Source: the human T2T-CHM13v2.0 reference genome, Homo sapiens
Length of the DNA: 64,000 nucleotides
Assembly (NCBI RefSeq): GCF_009914755.1
Contig: NC_060926.1
Strand: one strand, 5' to 3'
The notes under the pieces are model-generated. The model was not told where the DNA came from. It did not search any database and was given only the letters and a program-made list of their open reading frames with translations. Position numbers and translations under genes: made by a program. Numbering within the stretch: the stretch's first letter is position 1; the number at the start of each line of letters is the position of its first letter. This document shows positions 52,449 through 64,000 of the stretch, one piece after another.

Positions 52449-52876
52449 TGTGACAATACCAAACTGTGTAATTGTAGTAAATAAATTATGAATCTTGTGA
52501 TTGGCAAAGTGTACACTCTCAATATATTCTTATTCAAAAATACTGCAGCTCTTCCTGAACCTCTACTCTTTCATGTGAATTTTAAAACCACTTTGCAAGT
52601 TTTTAAAATGACATTGAATTTATGGAAAATTTCAGAATTTTTAAAATTCCTATATTTAAAGATATAGGAATAAGTGACAACATTAAAATAGTCTGTGCTA
52701 TAACATTCTATTTATTTGGATATTCTTTTGTGGGTTTCAGTAATGTTTTGAAAATTGCACTTTTTATATCTTATTTATTTTTATTCTCTAATTGGCTTAC
52801 TAGAACTTTCATTACTATCTTGAATACCTGAGTTGACAGCAGCTATTCAATCTGGTTGCTAATTCTCTATACAACT

Positions 52877-53235
52877 CGTATTAGTCTGTTATCATACTGC
52901 TGATAAAGACAGACTTGAGACTGGGTAATTTATAAAGGAAAAGACGTTTAATTGACTCAGCTCCATGTGGCTGGGGAGGCCTCACAATCATGTGGAAGGC
53001 AAAAGAGACATCTTACATGGCAGCAGACAAGAGACAATGGGAACCAAGTGAAAGGGGAAACCCCTTATAAAACCAACAGCTCTCCTGAAACTTGCTCACT
53101 ACCATGAGAACAGTATGGGGGAAACCGCCCCCATGATTCAATTATCTTCCACTGGGTTCCTCCCACAATATGTGGGAATTATGGGAGCTACAATTCAAGA
53201 TGAGATTTAGGTGGGGACACAGCCAAACCATATCA
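52877..53235 (-). mobile_element. THE1B-like MaLR solo LTR
   Basis: GTATTAGTCTGTT...CAGCCAAACCATATCA; TSD CAACT/CAAGT (4/5). Confidence 0.92.
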
Positions 53236-53346
53236 CAAGTTTTTATATAAGGTAGAATATTTACTGTTAGGTTGATGTTAGATTCACTTTAATGATTAGA
53301 AACTTTCCTATTGACAGCTACTAGTCTAATTTAGAGTGTAAAATAA

Positions 53347-53679
<333 letters not shown>

Positions 53680-54155
53680 CACTTTTTCTTTATATTGTAC
53701 TATTGTTTAAATTATGATGCATGCTATAGTAGTTGTGATAAGAAAGAACTGTATCCTATTTACTAGCATATTTTTAAAATCATGAAGTACTGTTAAATTT
53801 TACTGAATATCTTCTTTGAATCTATTTAAATTTTTATGTGTTTTATTAATCTGTTAGAGTGGGAGGGTTAAATTTTATTATATAATTTTTAATAGTAAAT
53901 TTATAAATACAATTTATAATTAATGATTTACAAATGATATATTTTTTTATTTCAGCCATTTTTGTATTTCCATAATAAATCTTTCTAGTTATGATATATA
54001 CATATATAATATATAATAAATCCATGCATATATGAACTATATATATTATGTAGTCCTATAATCTATTTTGTTAGTACTATTTTGCCATTTTTGCACTTAC
54101 ATTTATATGGTGTATGTTAATACTTTCTTGTATTAGTCTTATCCAATTTGTGTGT

Positions 54156-54648
54156 TGTGGTAGGCAGAATAATGGCTCCGCCCAATGTCCATGTTCTAAT
54201 CTCCAGATCTTATACACATATTATGTTACATGACAACGGAGAATTAGGGTTGCAGATGAAATAAAGGTTGCTAATTAGCTGACTTTAAGCTGGGTTAAAT
54301 TATCCTGAATTATCCAGGTGAACCCACTGTAATTACAAAGATTTTTGAAGGATGGGAAAGGGTCAGTGTTGAAATGATTTCCTGTGACAAAAGCTCAACC
54401 AGACATTTATGGTTTGGAAAATGGAAGCAGCTATGAGTTAAGAAATGTGGGCAGCCCCTAGAAGCCTGATAAGGCAAGAAAATTGATTTTCCCTCAAAGC
54501 TTCCAAGAAAAGAATCCAGCCCTTCTAACATCTTGATCTTAGCCTAGTGAAAGGCTGACTTCCAGAACTGTATAATACTGAATTTGTGTTGCATTAAGCC
54601 ACACAAATATGCAGTTATTTGTTAATGTAGCAATAGAAAATTAATACA
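54156..54648 (+). mobile_element. MLT1D-like MaLR solo LTR
   Basis: TGTGGTAGGCAGAATAATGG...GCAATAGAAAATTAATACA; flanks TGTGT/GGTGT (4/5). Confidence 0.88.
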
Positions 54649-56752
54649 GGTGTCAATATTATATTAACTGTTATAACACTATGATATTTCATTGAACCTA
54701 AGATGTCATTCAATTATAAGATATACTGGCATTTTATTGCTATTATATACAATTATGCCAATTAAAGTCTGACAGAATGCTTCCTTAGCACATCAACCGT
54801 CAGATGCCTCATACTTTCAAAACTCTTACCATATGGAAAAAGGCACACTTTAGAATATTCGATGTTTTCCTTATTTTTCTATTCACTAAAGCAACTTGCA
54901 TAAAAAGAAATTATTAACTTCTTGAAATTTTGGTAAACTAACCTCTGAAGCCAAGTGTTGTCATTTGAAGGAGGGAACACCTTTGCTTAGTAATTAATCT
55001 TACATAACCTTTTGAATTTTTCTTCATAAGTACCCTGAATACTTTTGTATATATATGTATTTAAACATACGTGCTTATATGTAGTTAGTAACATTTATTT
55101 TATCATTTTGTATGTATATTCATGAGAGACTAATGAGACTTCTGTGTGTATTTCTGTGAATTTTTAAACTGGTTTTGTCTTTACAGTTTTCTCTGGTATA
55201 CAGCTGTTTTCATCTTGGCTGACTGATCAGTATCTTTTACTTAGAGCCTGGGCAGATTGTTCAGCTTTTCTCTATCTTCAAATCCTTATTCCTTAAACAC
55301 AATCTGTGTGGTCTCTCATATCATAGTTCCAGATTGACTTTATCTAATCCTGCTTGGATTTTCTCCTGATAATAGTAATAGGAGCACATATGCAATTAGA
55401 AAGTTTAATTTCAATTGGAAATTATATGAAGAGACAGCTGAAGTATTTATTATTTCTTTCATCAATTGCCTCAGTGCACCTTGTGCAAACTTTAGCCCAA
55501 TTTGGCAAACATCTAGAACAATAATTAGTATAGCTAATTCAATAATTTCATTGTGATTAGTTGTATGTAACTACTGCTTTTTTTTTTTTTTTGCAGGAAA
55601 GGAACTAAAATAATTCTGAGTACTAGCAAGGACTAAGATGAAGTTCAATGTTATGACTGCAAAGTGAAATGATCAGAAGTTTCATGGCCATGAGTACTGC
55701 TGCCTGGCCCGGGCATGAGAAATGAGTTTGCTCTAGACTGCAGATTGTGAAGACGAGCTTTGCAAAAATCTAACATCTAGTGCATTCTGACTATGGAGAG
55801 GATATAATTGATGTAAGACTCCAAGAGATTGCTGGTGAATAGATCTGTGGTTAGATTTTAAACGATGGATTTAGAAAACAATTCAATGAGGTTAAAATTA
55901 ATTTTAGTAAATGTGAGGGATAAGAGAAAGGAAGGCTGAGATAAGCTGTTTTATAAGAAATAGTTATGCTGAACAGATCCAAGTTTTGCTGAGTTGAAGC
56001 AGAAACAATATGGCGATTAGAAAGAACAGCGAGGTCAAGATGTTACTGCATTTTCAACCTGGGTAACTACGAGGTCAATATGTGAATAAGTTAACAATGT
56101 ATTGCTGAAGAAATTATGAATAGAATGGAGAGGAAACTGGGAAAGTATAGAGTGTGGTTATTTACTACATGTTTTAGGTCACCAGTTAAAATAAATAAAG
56201 TTGACCTAGGTTTAAAAAGAAGGGAAAATGTTAAACAAGGATCATTGTTGAGTAATTGGAATTAAGAGTTCACACAAAAAGCAGGCTGTCTCTTAATCCT
56301 AGGGCATGAAGAGCAGGGGATAAAAGGATGGTCTCTGTCAGATATTTCCAAGAAAAAGCATTGTCAATTTTAGGATGTTTGCGTTTGGTAAATGTAGAAA
56401 GCTATCATCCATAGATGCTAACACTGTTTTGGCATATAACAGATTCTCAAAATTTGTTATTATGTTAGTGAAAAGTTTATATATTCATAAGTAAGAAATT
56501 TTCAAGATTAACTATATCTAATTTCGGTTTTCCTCTTCACCATATACACAGTCCCATTGAAAGGAAACATTGAGTAATACAGAAATTAGAATTTAGGCTT
56601 CACAAATTTTAGAATTAATTACACTGATTTTCACAATTTTACTGGTAATAATTGTATCCTCACATTAATCCTGGTGGTACTGGGGTTCATCATCTTTAAA
56701 CATTAGGGGATACCATCTTTCTCATGAATCTAAAAAGTTCGTGGGATTATAC

Positions 56753-59700
56753 TGAAATGAGAGAAGGTCCCTTATCATCCTCACAGGGCATGCGACAAGG
56801 ATGTGGCTTGCTTCTTTGGTGCCCCACTGCTCAAACTCCTTGGGGGAGCATGCAGGCAGGTGAGTCATGGGGAATGTTACTAGGCTCCGACCCCATGGCA
56901 GCATCTAGAGGTGAAATTTTATAACTCCAGAAGCCCAAGTGAGCCTGTGTTACAGTGCACTCTTTCAGCTTATCCGTCTGCACGTGGCTTGTGTTAATCA
57001 GCTTGATGACACCTTCTGCCTTATTGCAAGATCGGAGGGTTTTCTGTATCCCAGGTTCTTGCCCTAGTGTACCAGAAAAATTGGATTACACGTGAACTTG
57101 GAGAATGAGTGCAAGGTTTTACTGAGTGGTGGAGGTAGCTCTCAGTGAGTTGGATGGGGAGCCAGATGAGGGATGGAGTGGGAAGGTAGTCTTCCCCTGG
57201 AGTTTGGCTGCCCAGCAGCTAGACTCTCCTCCAACTGCCCCTGGCCAAATTCCCCTCGACATCTGCATCATTCTGCCATCGATGGCCTGCCAGTGTCTGC
57301 TGGTGTTTGTGTGTCTGTCAGTGTGTTCTTCTGCTCCCCTCAACATCCAGCCACTTGTGTGTATCCTGAATTTTTATGGGCACAGGATGGGGGCATGGAG
57401 GACCAAAAGGCAACTTTTTGGGTGCGAAAACAGAAATACCTGTTCTCATTTAGGCCCACGGGTGCAGGCCTGAGGGTGGAGCCCTCCCCAGGGAACCTTC
57501 CTTTCTTTACTTAGCACCTCCCTGCCCCCTTCCCATACCATTCTCCCCCTCTGAAGAGGTACATCTAAGTGCCTTTAGAATAAGGACGATGACCGGTCTT
57601 AACTACTTTTGCTGACTGGGGGCATTGTTTTGGGGAAAACAGCAGTCAGATTCCTCCAAAAGGTCCATGTAAGGGTTCCTGGCAAAGGGGAGCCATTGTC
57701 TGTGGCTCCAGTTGCATGCCTGTTTGGAGTTTGATGCCCTCTAAGTGAGAGAGAAACAAACAAGCTTTATAAGGTTAAGTATGCGTGAGTTAAACATTTG
57801 TATTATACAAGTAAAGAATTTAGTGCCAAAGATTACAGAGATAAGAAGTGAAATATAAACTAACAACGGCATTGTACACCAAGCTGTTTCACCTTCATGA
57901 AAGAAATTAAACCTTACATGGGAGCAGTTAAACTTTGGAAGAGAGATAACTGTTCTTGCCATATCTTTAGCAGTTAACAGGTGTACCCTGGGAATTCTGG
58001 GGTTTGTGGGCTTGCATAGTGGCCATTAAAGCTTCTGCCTCTTTCTTGTGTCTCCCTTTCTCTATTGTAGAAGACTAAGGTAGCTACTCTCAGGAGACCC
58101 TCTAATGTACTATCTGGTCCCAGGGCCTGTTTTTATAGCTTCCACTTGATGTCAGGAGCTGCCTGAAGTAATAAATGTAACCTTTAGGATTAGCTGTCCC
58201 TTGACTGAATCAGGAGATTGTGAGGTGTTTTACCAAGGACTCTCTTAGCCTTTCCATGAAGGCAGTGGAATTTTCATTGTATCCTTGGTCAATGATGAAT
58301 AACTTAGTATAATTGAAAGGCTTGGTTTTAGTCCTATGTAAACCCTCCATTGTGCACACCTAAAGGTGTCTCCTCTTCCAGGCTTCCATCTTGTCACTGG
58401 GATCCCTTTGACAGTCATCCACTGGTACTGCTTCTCTTCCAGTTGGATAATTTTTGTCCCCTTCCCTGATGCTATATGTGATACGAAGCTCATCCCCAAA
58501 TCTCTCTGCTGCTTGCAGAGTGGACTGCTTCTCAGCGTCCATCTGGGTCTGATTTAAACATAACATAATGTCTCTCCAGGAGAGTTCAGATATTTTGGTG
58601 AAATTCTGGAAGCCTCTATATATCTACCAAGGTCATCTGAAAACTTGCCAAGATCCCCCTTAATTTGCTTTAAGTCCTGTAGGGAGAAGGGGACCTGGAC
58701 CTTTCTGGGCCCAATTCACTCGGCATCTGTTACAGGAGCAAGAGTGAGACTGGGCCTTGTGTAGGGCAAGGATTTCTAGGAGGTGGCAAGTGAGAGGCTG
58801 AAGCTGGATGGGGAGGTTGGGGTGGACCCAGAGGAGCAGGGCTGGAGGGAGCTGGCTCCTCTGCTGGGGATGCCTCTGGGTCACGTATCTTTGAAACCCT
58901 GGGCTTGCCAGTCCTACACTGGATCAAACAGGAGGGCTGGATCAATCCTACACTGTCAGCAAAGGTCTGAATTGCCTTACAAGGTATAGAAAGCCTGCAC
59001 ATATGGGGCCTCAGACCATCTGTCCTCAGAAAGTTCCAACTGCCAGATGGTATCAAAATGAATGGTTCCTTCCTGGGAATAACACAGTCCTTTATAATTT
59101 GGCCCAAACTTTGTGCAGAGGGCTATGAAGCAGTTTTTTCCTCCAGACTCTGAGGGTCAAAGCAGTCCCAATGGTTCAGGATACACTCCAGAGGGATATA
59201 AGCTGGGGGTGCTGAAGAGAGCTGCTTGTCCATTCCGAAAGACAGTGAATAGAGGTGTCCCTCATTTCCTTCCTTCTTTCAGCAAAACCTCAGGGTGTGA
59301 TGGAGAGAGAAAATAAGTGTCCTTCCTATCCCTTCCATCTTTTTATCCTTGAGTCCCAGCAACCTCGGCAGGCTCCGCCCATAGGTACCAATGTGGTATG
59401 TACCCATGAAGCAGGGAAAATTTAGAGAATAGGAATTAATCGCCCTCACCCGTACCTCCATTTTCCCCCGCTGTTGACAAACTTTCAGTTCCCTAAGCCT
59501 GGTTATGCCATGGAGCATGGCCTCCTTCCATGAGCTGGGGGGTTCAGTTGGTAAGAATTGGTCCTGCCCATTTACATTGTGCCTGTTGCCTGGCTTTGGA
59601 TCCCTCAGACCTGGTCTTTCTTCCTAGGGCCTCAGCCTGAAGCTTGGAATTGAGTTTGGGACTGGAAAGGTATTTCGGAGCTGTTTGTATCTGTTTAGAG

Positions 59701-61040
59701 TGTCTCAAATGAGCCTTGCCAAATTTGCAGTCATCAGTAAGCAGGGGCTGCTACTCTGTTAGCTTCCCTATCAACAGCAGGGAGTGCTGGTAGTTCTCTC
59801 CCACCCCCCTTCCTTGTGACTGTTGGGCATGGCCTTTGACTGCTGTGGGCATGCCCAGGTGCCTGAGCGGAAGAGGAGAGGTTTGGAGGGGGTGCCCTGA
59901 GCTGGGTGTGCCTGCAGCTGTCAGGGTGGAGGCAGAGATGGTACCTCCAAGAACAGTGACTCTGATCTTCACCCTTCACGACTGAGCCAAATGCCCATTT
60001 TACTTAGTAACATTGCCACAGCCTCTAGCAAAACCCTTAACATTATAAAGGAAGAGATAAGAGCCTTTTCAAACCATGAGAGAGGAAAAGATACAAAGTC
60101 TAGGGTAGGGAGGGGGTGGTGGCGGGGTTGACTGGCCTGGTTAGGGTGGTTAAACCTTAGTGTAGGGAAACAGGACCTTTTACCTTCAGGAAAGAGAGAG
60201 AGGTGGCAGGGTTTTGGAAAAGAGGCAGATCCAACAGTTTCACATTTGCACTCACCTTCCTGGGTCCCAGATGAGCCCCTAGCTGTGTTCCCTTATTGCC
60301 CTCACAAGGCATGTGACAGAGATGTGGCTTGCTTCTTCAGTGCCCTGCTGCTCAAACCCCTAGGGAGAGCATGCAGAGGGGCAGGTCATGGGGAGCGTTT
60401 TTTGGCCTCTGACACCAGGGCATCATCTAGGGGTGAGTTTTTAAAACTCCCAAAGCCCAAATGGGCAAGTGTTACAGTGTGCTCTTTCAGCTTAGCTGTC
60501 TGCAGGCAGATTGTGTTAATCAGCTTAATTAGACCTTCTGCCTTATTGCAAGGACAGAGGGCTCTCTGTATTCCAGGTTCTTGTCCTAGTGTACCAGAAA
60601 AATCAGACCACGTGTAGGCTTGGAGAATGAGTGCAAAGTTTTATTGAGTGTTAGAGGTAGCTCTCTGTAAGATGGATGGGGAGCCAGAAGGAGGATGGAG
60701 TGGGAAGGTGGTTTTTCCCTAGAGTAGGGCCACTGAATGGCCCCTGGCCAAATTCTCCTTGGCATCTGTGTCATTCTACTGGTGTCTGCTGGTGTCTCTC
60801 AATGTGTTCTTCTGCTCCTCTTGACATCCAGCCACTTGTGTGTGTGCCTGCTATGGGCCTGAATTTTTATGGGCACAGGATGGAGCATGGCAGGCAAAAA
60901 GACAACTTTGTGGGCCTTAAAACAGAAATGCCTGTCCTCATTTAGGTCCTTGAGCACAGGCCCAAGGGTGGAGCCCTCACCAGCGACCCCACCCTTCTCC
61001 CATTCTCTACTTAGCACTTTGCTGCCCCTTTCCCATATCA
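56753..61040 (-). mobile_element. Two-LTR non-autonomous ERV1 provirus, LTR1/LTR28-type LTRs with HUERS-P-like internal region
   Basis: Homologous LTRs 56753-57540 and 60284-61040; perfect TSD ATAC (56749-56752, 61041-61044); PBS-Pro-like 60264-60281 (14/18); polypurine tract AGAGGGGGAGAA 57541-57552 on the minus strand. Confidence 0.9.
57960..59230 (-). pseudogene. gag: Gammaretrovirus-like gag remnant (MA-CA), disrupted
   Basis: Minus-strand peptides VQVPFSLQDLKQIKGDLGKFSDD, LQAAERFGDEL, PTGREAVP and MHR-like QGYNENSTAFMERLRESL; stops and frameshifts; no pol or env follows. Confidence 0.85.
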
Positions 61041-61084
61041 ATACTACCCTCTTTCTGGTCTAATAAATGTTATCATTCTCTTTG

Positions 61085-61215
61085 TTTTCTCTTGTGTAGA
61101 GATAGGGTCTTGCTATATTGCCCAGTCTGGTCTCAAACTTTTGGCCTCAAGTGATCCTCCTGCCTCAGCTACTTAAAGTGTTTGGATTACAGGCATGAGC
61201 CACCATACCTGGTCA
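61085..61215 (-). mobile_element. FLAM_C / Alu monomer
   Basis: AGAGATAGGGTCTTGCTATATTGCCCAGTCTGGTCTCAAACT...GGATTACAGGCATGAGCCACC. Confidence 0.85.
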
Positions 61216-61299
61216 ATATTATTGTTCTTAATGATAAGACTAGGTTATTTTTCTGATGTATGAATATTTTTAGGTATTATATATCTACATAAACATAGA

Positions 61300-61494
61300 T
61301 ATATTGCACCATTGACATTTGGGCTGGATAATTTTTTTTTGTGGAGGTTGTTTTATACATTGTAGGATGATTAGCATCATCCTGTGCCTTTATCCATCAG
61401 ATCCCAGCAGCAACAGTTGTGACAACCAAAAATATCTCCAGTCATTGCCAAATATCTCCTGGGGTCACAATTACTCCTACTTTAGATCCACTGA
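61300..61494. mobile_element. MER20 hAT element
   Basis: TTGACATTTGGGCTGGATAATT...GTTGTGACAACCAAAAATATCTCCAGTCATTGCCAAAT. Confidence 0.85.
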
Positions 61495-62169
61495 TGAAGA
61501 TCTATAGTAAATTAAACAAAAATGCTTTCATCATTTTTCCCTAGTTTTCTTTACCCTAGAGAATTACTAATTCCCAATCATTTGATAAAATTATTATTTT
61601 CTTATATTGTCTATACTTTGGCAAATAATAATTAGAAAACATCAACAATGAAATGGTTCTTTATGTTAGGCCACTTTAGACTAAATCATTTGGAATAAAC
61701 CACTTACAGATTTGTATGATCAATTAATTAATCTTAATAAATAACATGTTTTAAGGCAATTTTATGAAATTAGATTATTGTTAAAAAATGAGACTAAAGA
61801 ACACCAATGATGTTTATGGTCCAGATAGCCAATTTAAAATATAATAAAAGTAATTTTGGAATTTTAAAATGCTTTTAAAAACCATCATTGCCTAAATAAA
61901 AAGTGTAGGGATGATAAGAATGTGAAAAGAATTGGGCTTCTATTCTGTACAAAATATATTGTGTGTGGTAAGATTTGAGTAAAACCAAAAGATTCAGCTA
62001 ATCATGTTCACCACTTGCTAGCACTAATCTTTATTTTTTCCTTGTAGTTTTCTTCATGCATAATGACTTTTAACTTTTCATAGAATATGTATATGTACAC
62101 TGAAACAAAGAGATTTTTAAAGTATAAAACTGAAAAGTGCTTAGCATAGTTATCAAAAGAGTCATTATA

Positions 62170-62410
62170 ATTTACATAGAACAACAGCGTTAAATTTGAA
62201 TCAGAGTACGGATATGAATTGTGCTTTATGTCTTTACTGAGTAGGTAACAATGGGTGAATCACATAACTTTAATTCCTATTTCCTTTTAAGCAAGATGGG
62301 AATAAAAATACCAGCCTCACAGTGAGAAGATTTAATTAGGAAATTTATGTACAAGCACACAGTGCTTCTTTAAACTGATGGCTCAATTATTATTTGGTGA
62401 ATCTGAATCT
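62170..62410 (+). mobile_element. MIR SINE
   Basis: GCAAGATGGGAATAAAAATACCAGCCTCACAG...GTACAAGCAC...GGCTCAATTATTATT. Confidence 0.6.
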
Positions 62411-62696
62411 GAATCAGAGAATAGACACTATGTGACCATGAAGAAAAATGGTATTTCTATATTTGCTATTATTATTCTACAAGAAATAGCAAAGACGAAA
62501 TCTGTATAAAGTCTCTGTGCAATTGAAAAAATGATAATCTTTACTGCACTTAAAATAGAATAAAAAACTTTAAAAATAAATGTGTATAGTTTAAGCACTG
62601 TTCCCATGGGTTAGTTTCAATATTGCTATAAATGAAATGTCAACAAGAAAATAAACTTGATATTCTAATTATTTCAGCTGAAGTTTATTAAAATGA

Positions 62697-63094
62697 TGTG
62701 TTAGTGAATTCTCACACCGCTATAAAGAACTACCTGAGACTGGGTAATTTATAAAGAAAAGAGGTTTAAATGGCTCGTGGTTCTGCATGCTGTACAAGCT
62801 TCTACCTCCAGGGAGGCCTCAGGAAACTTACAATCATGTCAGAAGGCAAAGGGGAAGCAATACTGTCTTTGCATGGCCAGCAGGAGAGAGAAGGAGAGAG
62901 AGGGGACGTGCTACACACTTTTAAACAACCAGATCTCATGAGAATTCTATCACAAGACAGCACTAGGGAGATGATACTAAACCATTAGAAGCCACCCCCA
63001 TGATCCAATCACCTCCCACCAGGCCCCACCTCCAATACTGAGGATTACAATTCAACATGAGATTTGGTTGAGGACACAGAGCCAAACTATATCA
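62697..63094 (-). mobile_element. MSTA-like MaLR solo LTR
   Basis: TGTGTTAGT...GCCAAACTATATCA with perfect TSD AATGA (62692-62696, 63095-63099). Confidence 0.92.
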
Positions 63095-64000
63095 AATGAT
63101 ATGTAAAGAGATTACAGTTTTCAATCGTGAAGTTTGTAAATATAAACAGAAATTTTATGAATGTGCTAACTCCTAGGAATTGTATCTATGTTTTATTATT
63201 CACAGATATTTTTTCATCTTGAGAAAAATGTATTTTTGTCTGTGTAATTTGGACTACATTATTCAGTTATAGACTTAGTACTTTGGCATAATTTATTTAT
63301 ATTTAAAGAATGCCACATTCTTTCTTCACTTCATTACCATTTATTTTTAGTAGAAGTTTCCATTAAGATTAATACTTCAGGTTTATTTAGGTCAGTGGAT
63401 CATCTCTTAGTCTTAGCATCTATCATGCACACTTCAGAAAGTGCTAGGACCCATAGAACTGTAGTTTGTTTCAATCCATTAAGGCATGATTCTTCGACAG
63501 CTTAATGCATATGTCTTCCTAGTTGAAATCTTAAAATCTCAGGATAGTTGAAGGGAAGATTGTCCTTAGTATTTGGAAGGATGACTAAAATAATGTGAAA
63601 AAAATGATAAGCTATTCCATTATCCATTCATTATTAAGTATATTTTATATATTATATAATTTATTGTATTTTCATCTATAAATTTGTATTTATATTCAAC
63701 ATTGTGTAGTGCATAAAGTAAATTGAACATCAGAAGTCCTTTCAGCTTGAGAAACTCCTAAAATTTCTAAATTTCTACAACTTAAAAATGAAAAAATGAA
63801 TCAGATAATTGTTATTTACTCTTACAACTCTAGAACTTTAAGAAAATACACCTATTATCATCATAACCATCATCATAACTGTCATCATCTAACATTCCCT
63901 GAGCATTGTTTAACAGGCCTTGTGATAGATTTGTGTGAACAAGGCAGCCTGAGTAAATAGAATGCAAACACAAAATCAAGGGCTGCTGTATGAGTGCCAA

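Noticed and set aside
56753-61040. Approx. 770-bp direct repeat suggesting a segmental duplication
   Set aside because: It is the LTR pair of one provirus (TSD, PBS and PPT present).

Overview
AT-rich, repeat-dense primate (human or close catarrhine) genomic DNA with no recognisable cellular protein-coding gene, RNA gene or CRISPR array. Almost every ORF in the supplied track comes from a transposable element, a microsatellite or chance. LTR elements are abundant. (1) A two-LTR HERV-H provirus (23134-29199, +, TSD ATAGT) has decayed gag/pro/pol and an env remnant. Its primer-binding site matches tRNA-Phe rather than tRNA-His, and a HERV-E-type LTR2 solo LTR is nested in its 3' region (TSD CCCT). 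(2) A two-LTR, gag-only LTR1/LTR28-type (HUERS-P-like) provirus lies on the minus strand (56753-61040, TSD ATAC, PBS-Pro). (3) A CpG-rich LTR12 (ERV9) solo LTR has 7 CCAAT boxes and a mutated poly(A) signal. (4) There are many other solo LTRs, plus Alu, L1, L2, MIR and DNA-transposon fossils. The more unusual structures are three retrotransposons stacked at one reused target site (16990-18545), a tail-less Alu with a TSD, and a direct+inverted micro-triplication at 29672-29805. Family and subfamily names come from recalled consensus sequences and need RepeatMasker/Dfam confirmation. I found no evidence for a new protein-coding system.
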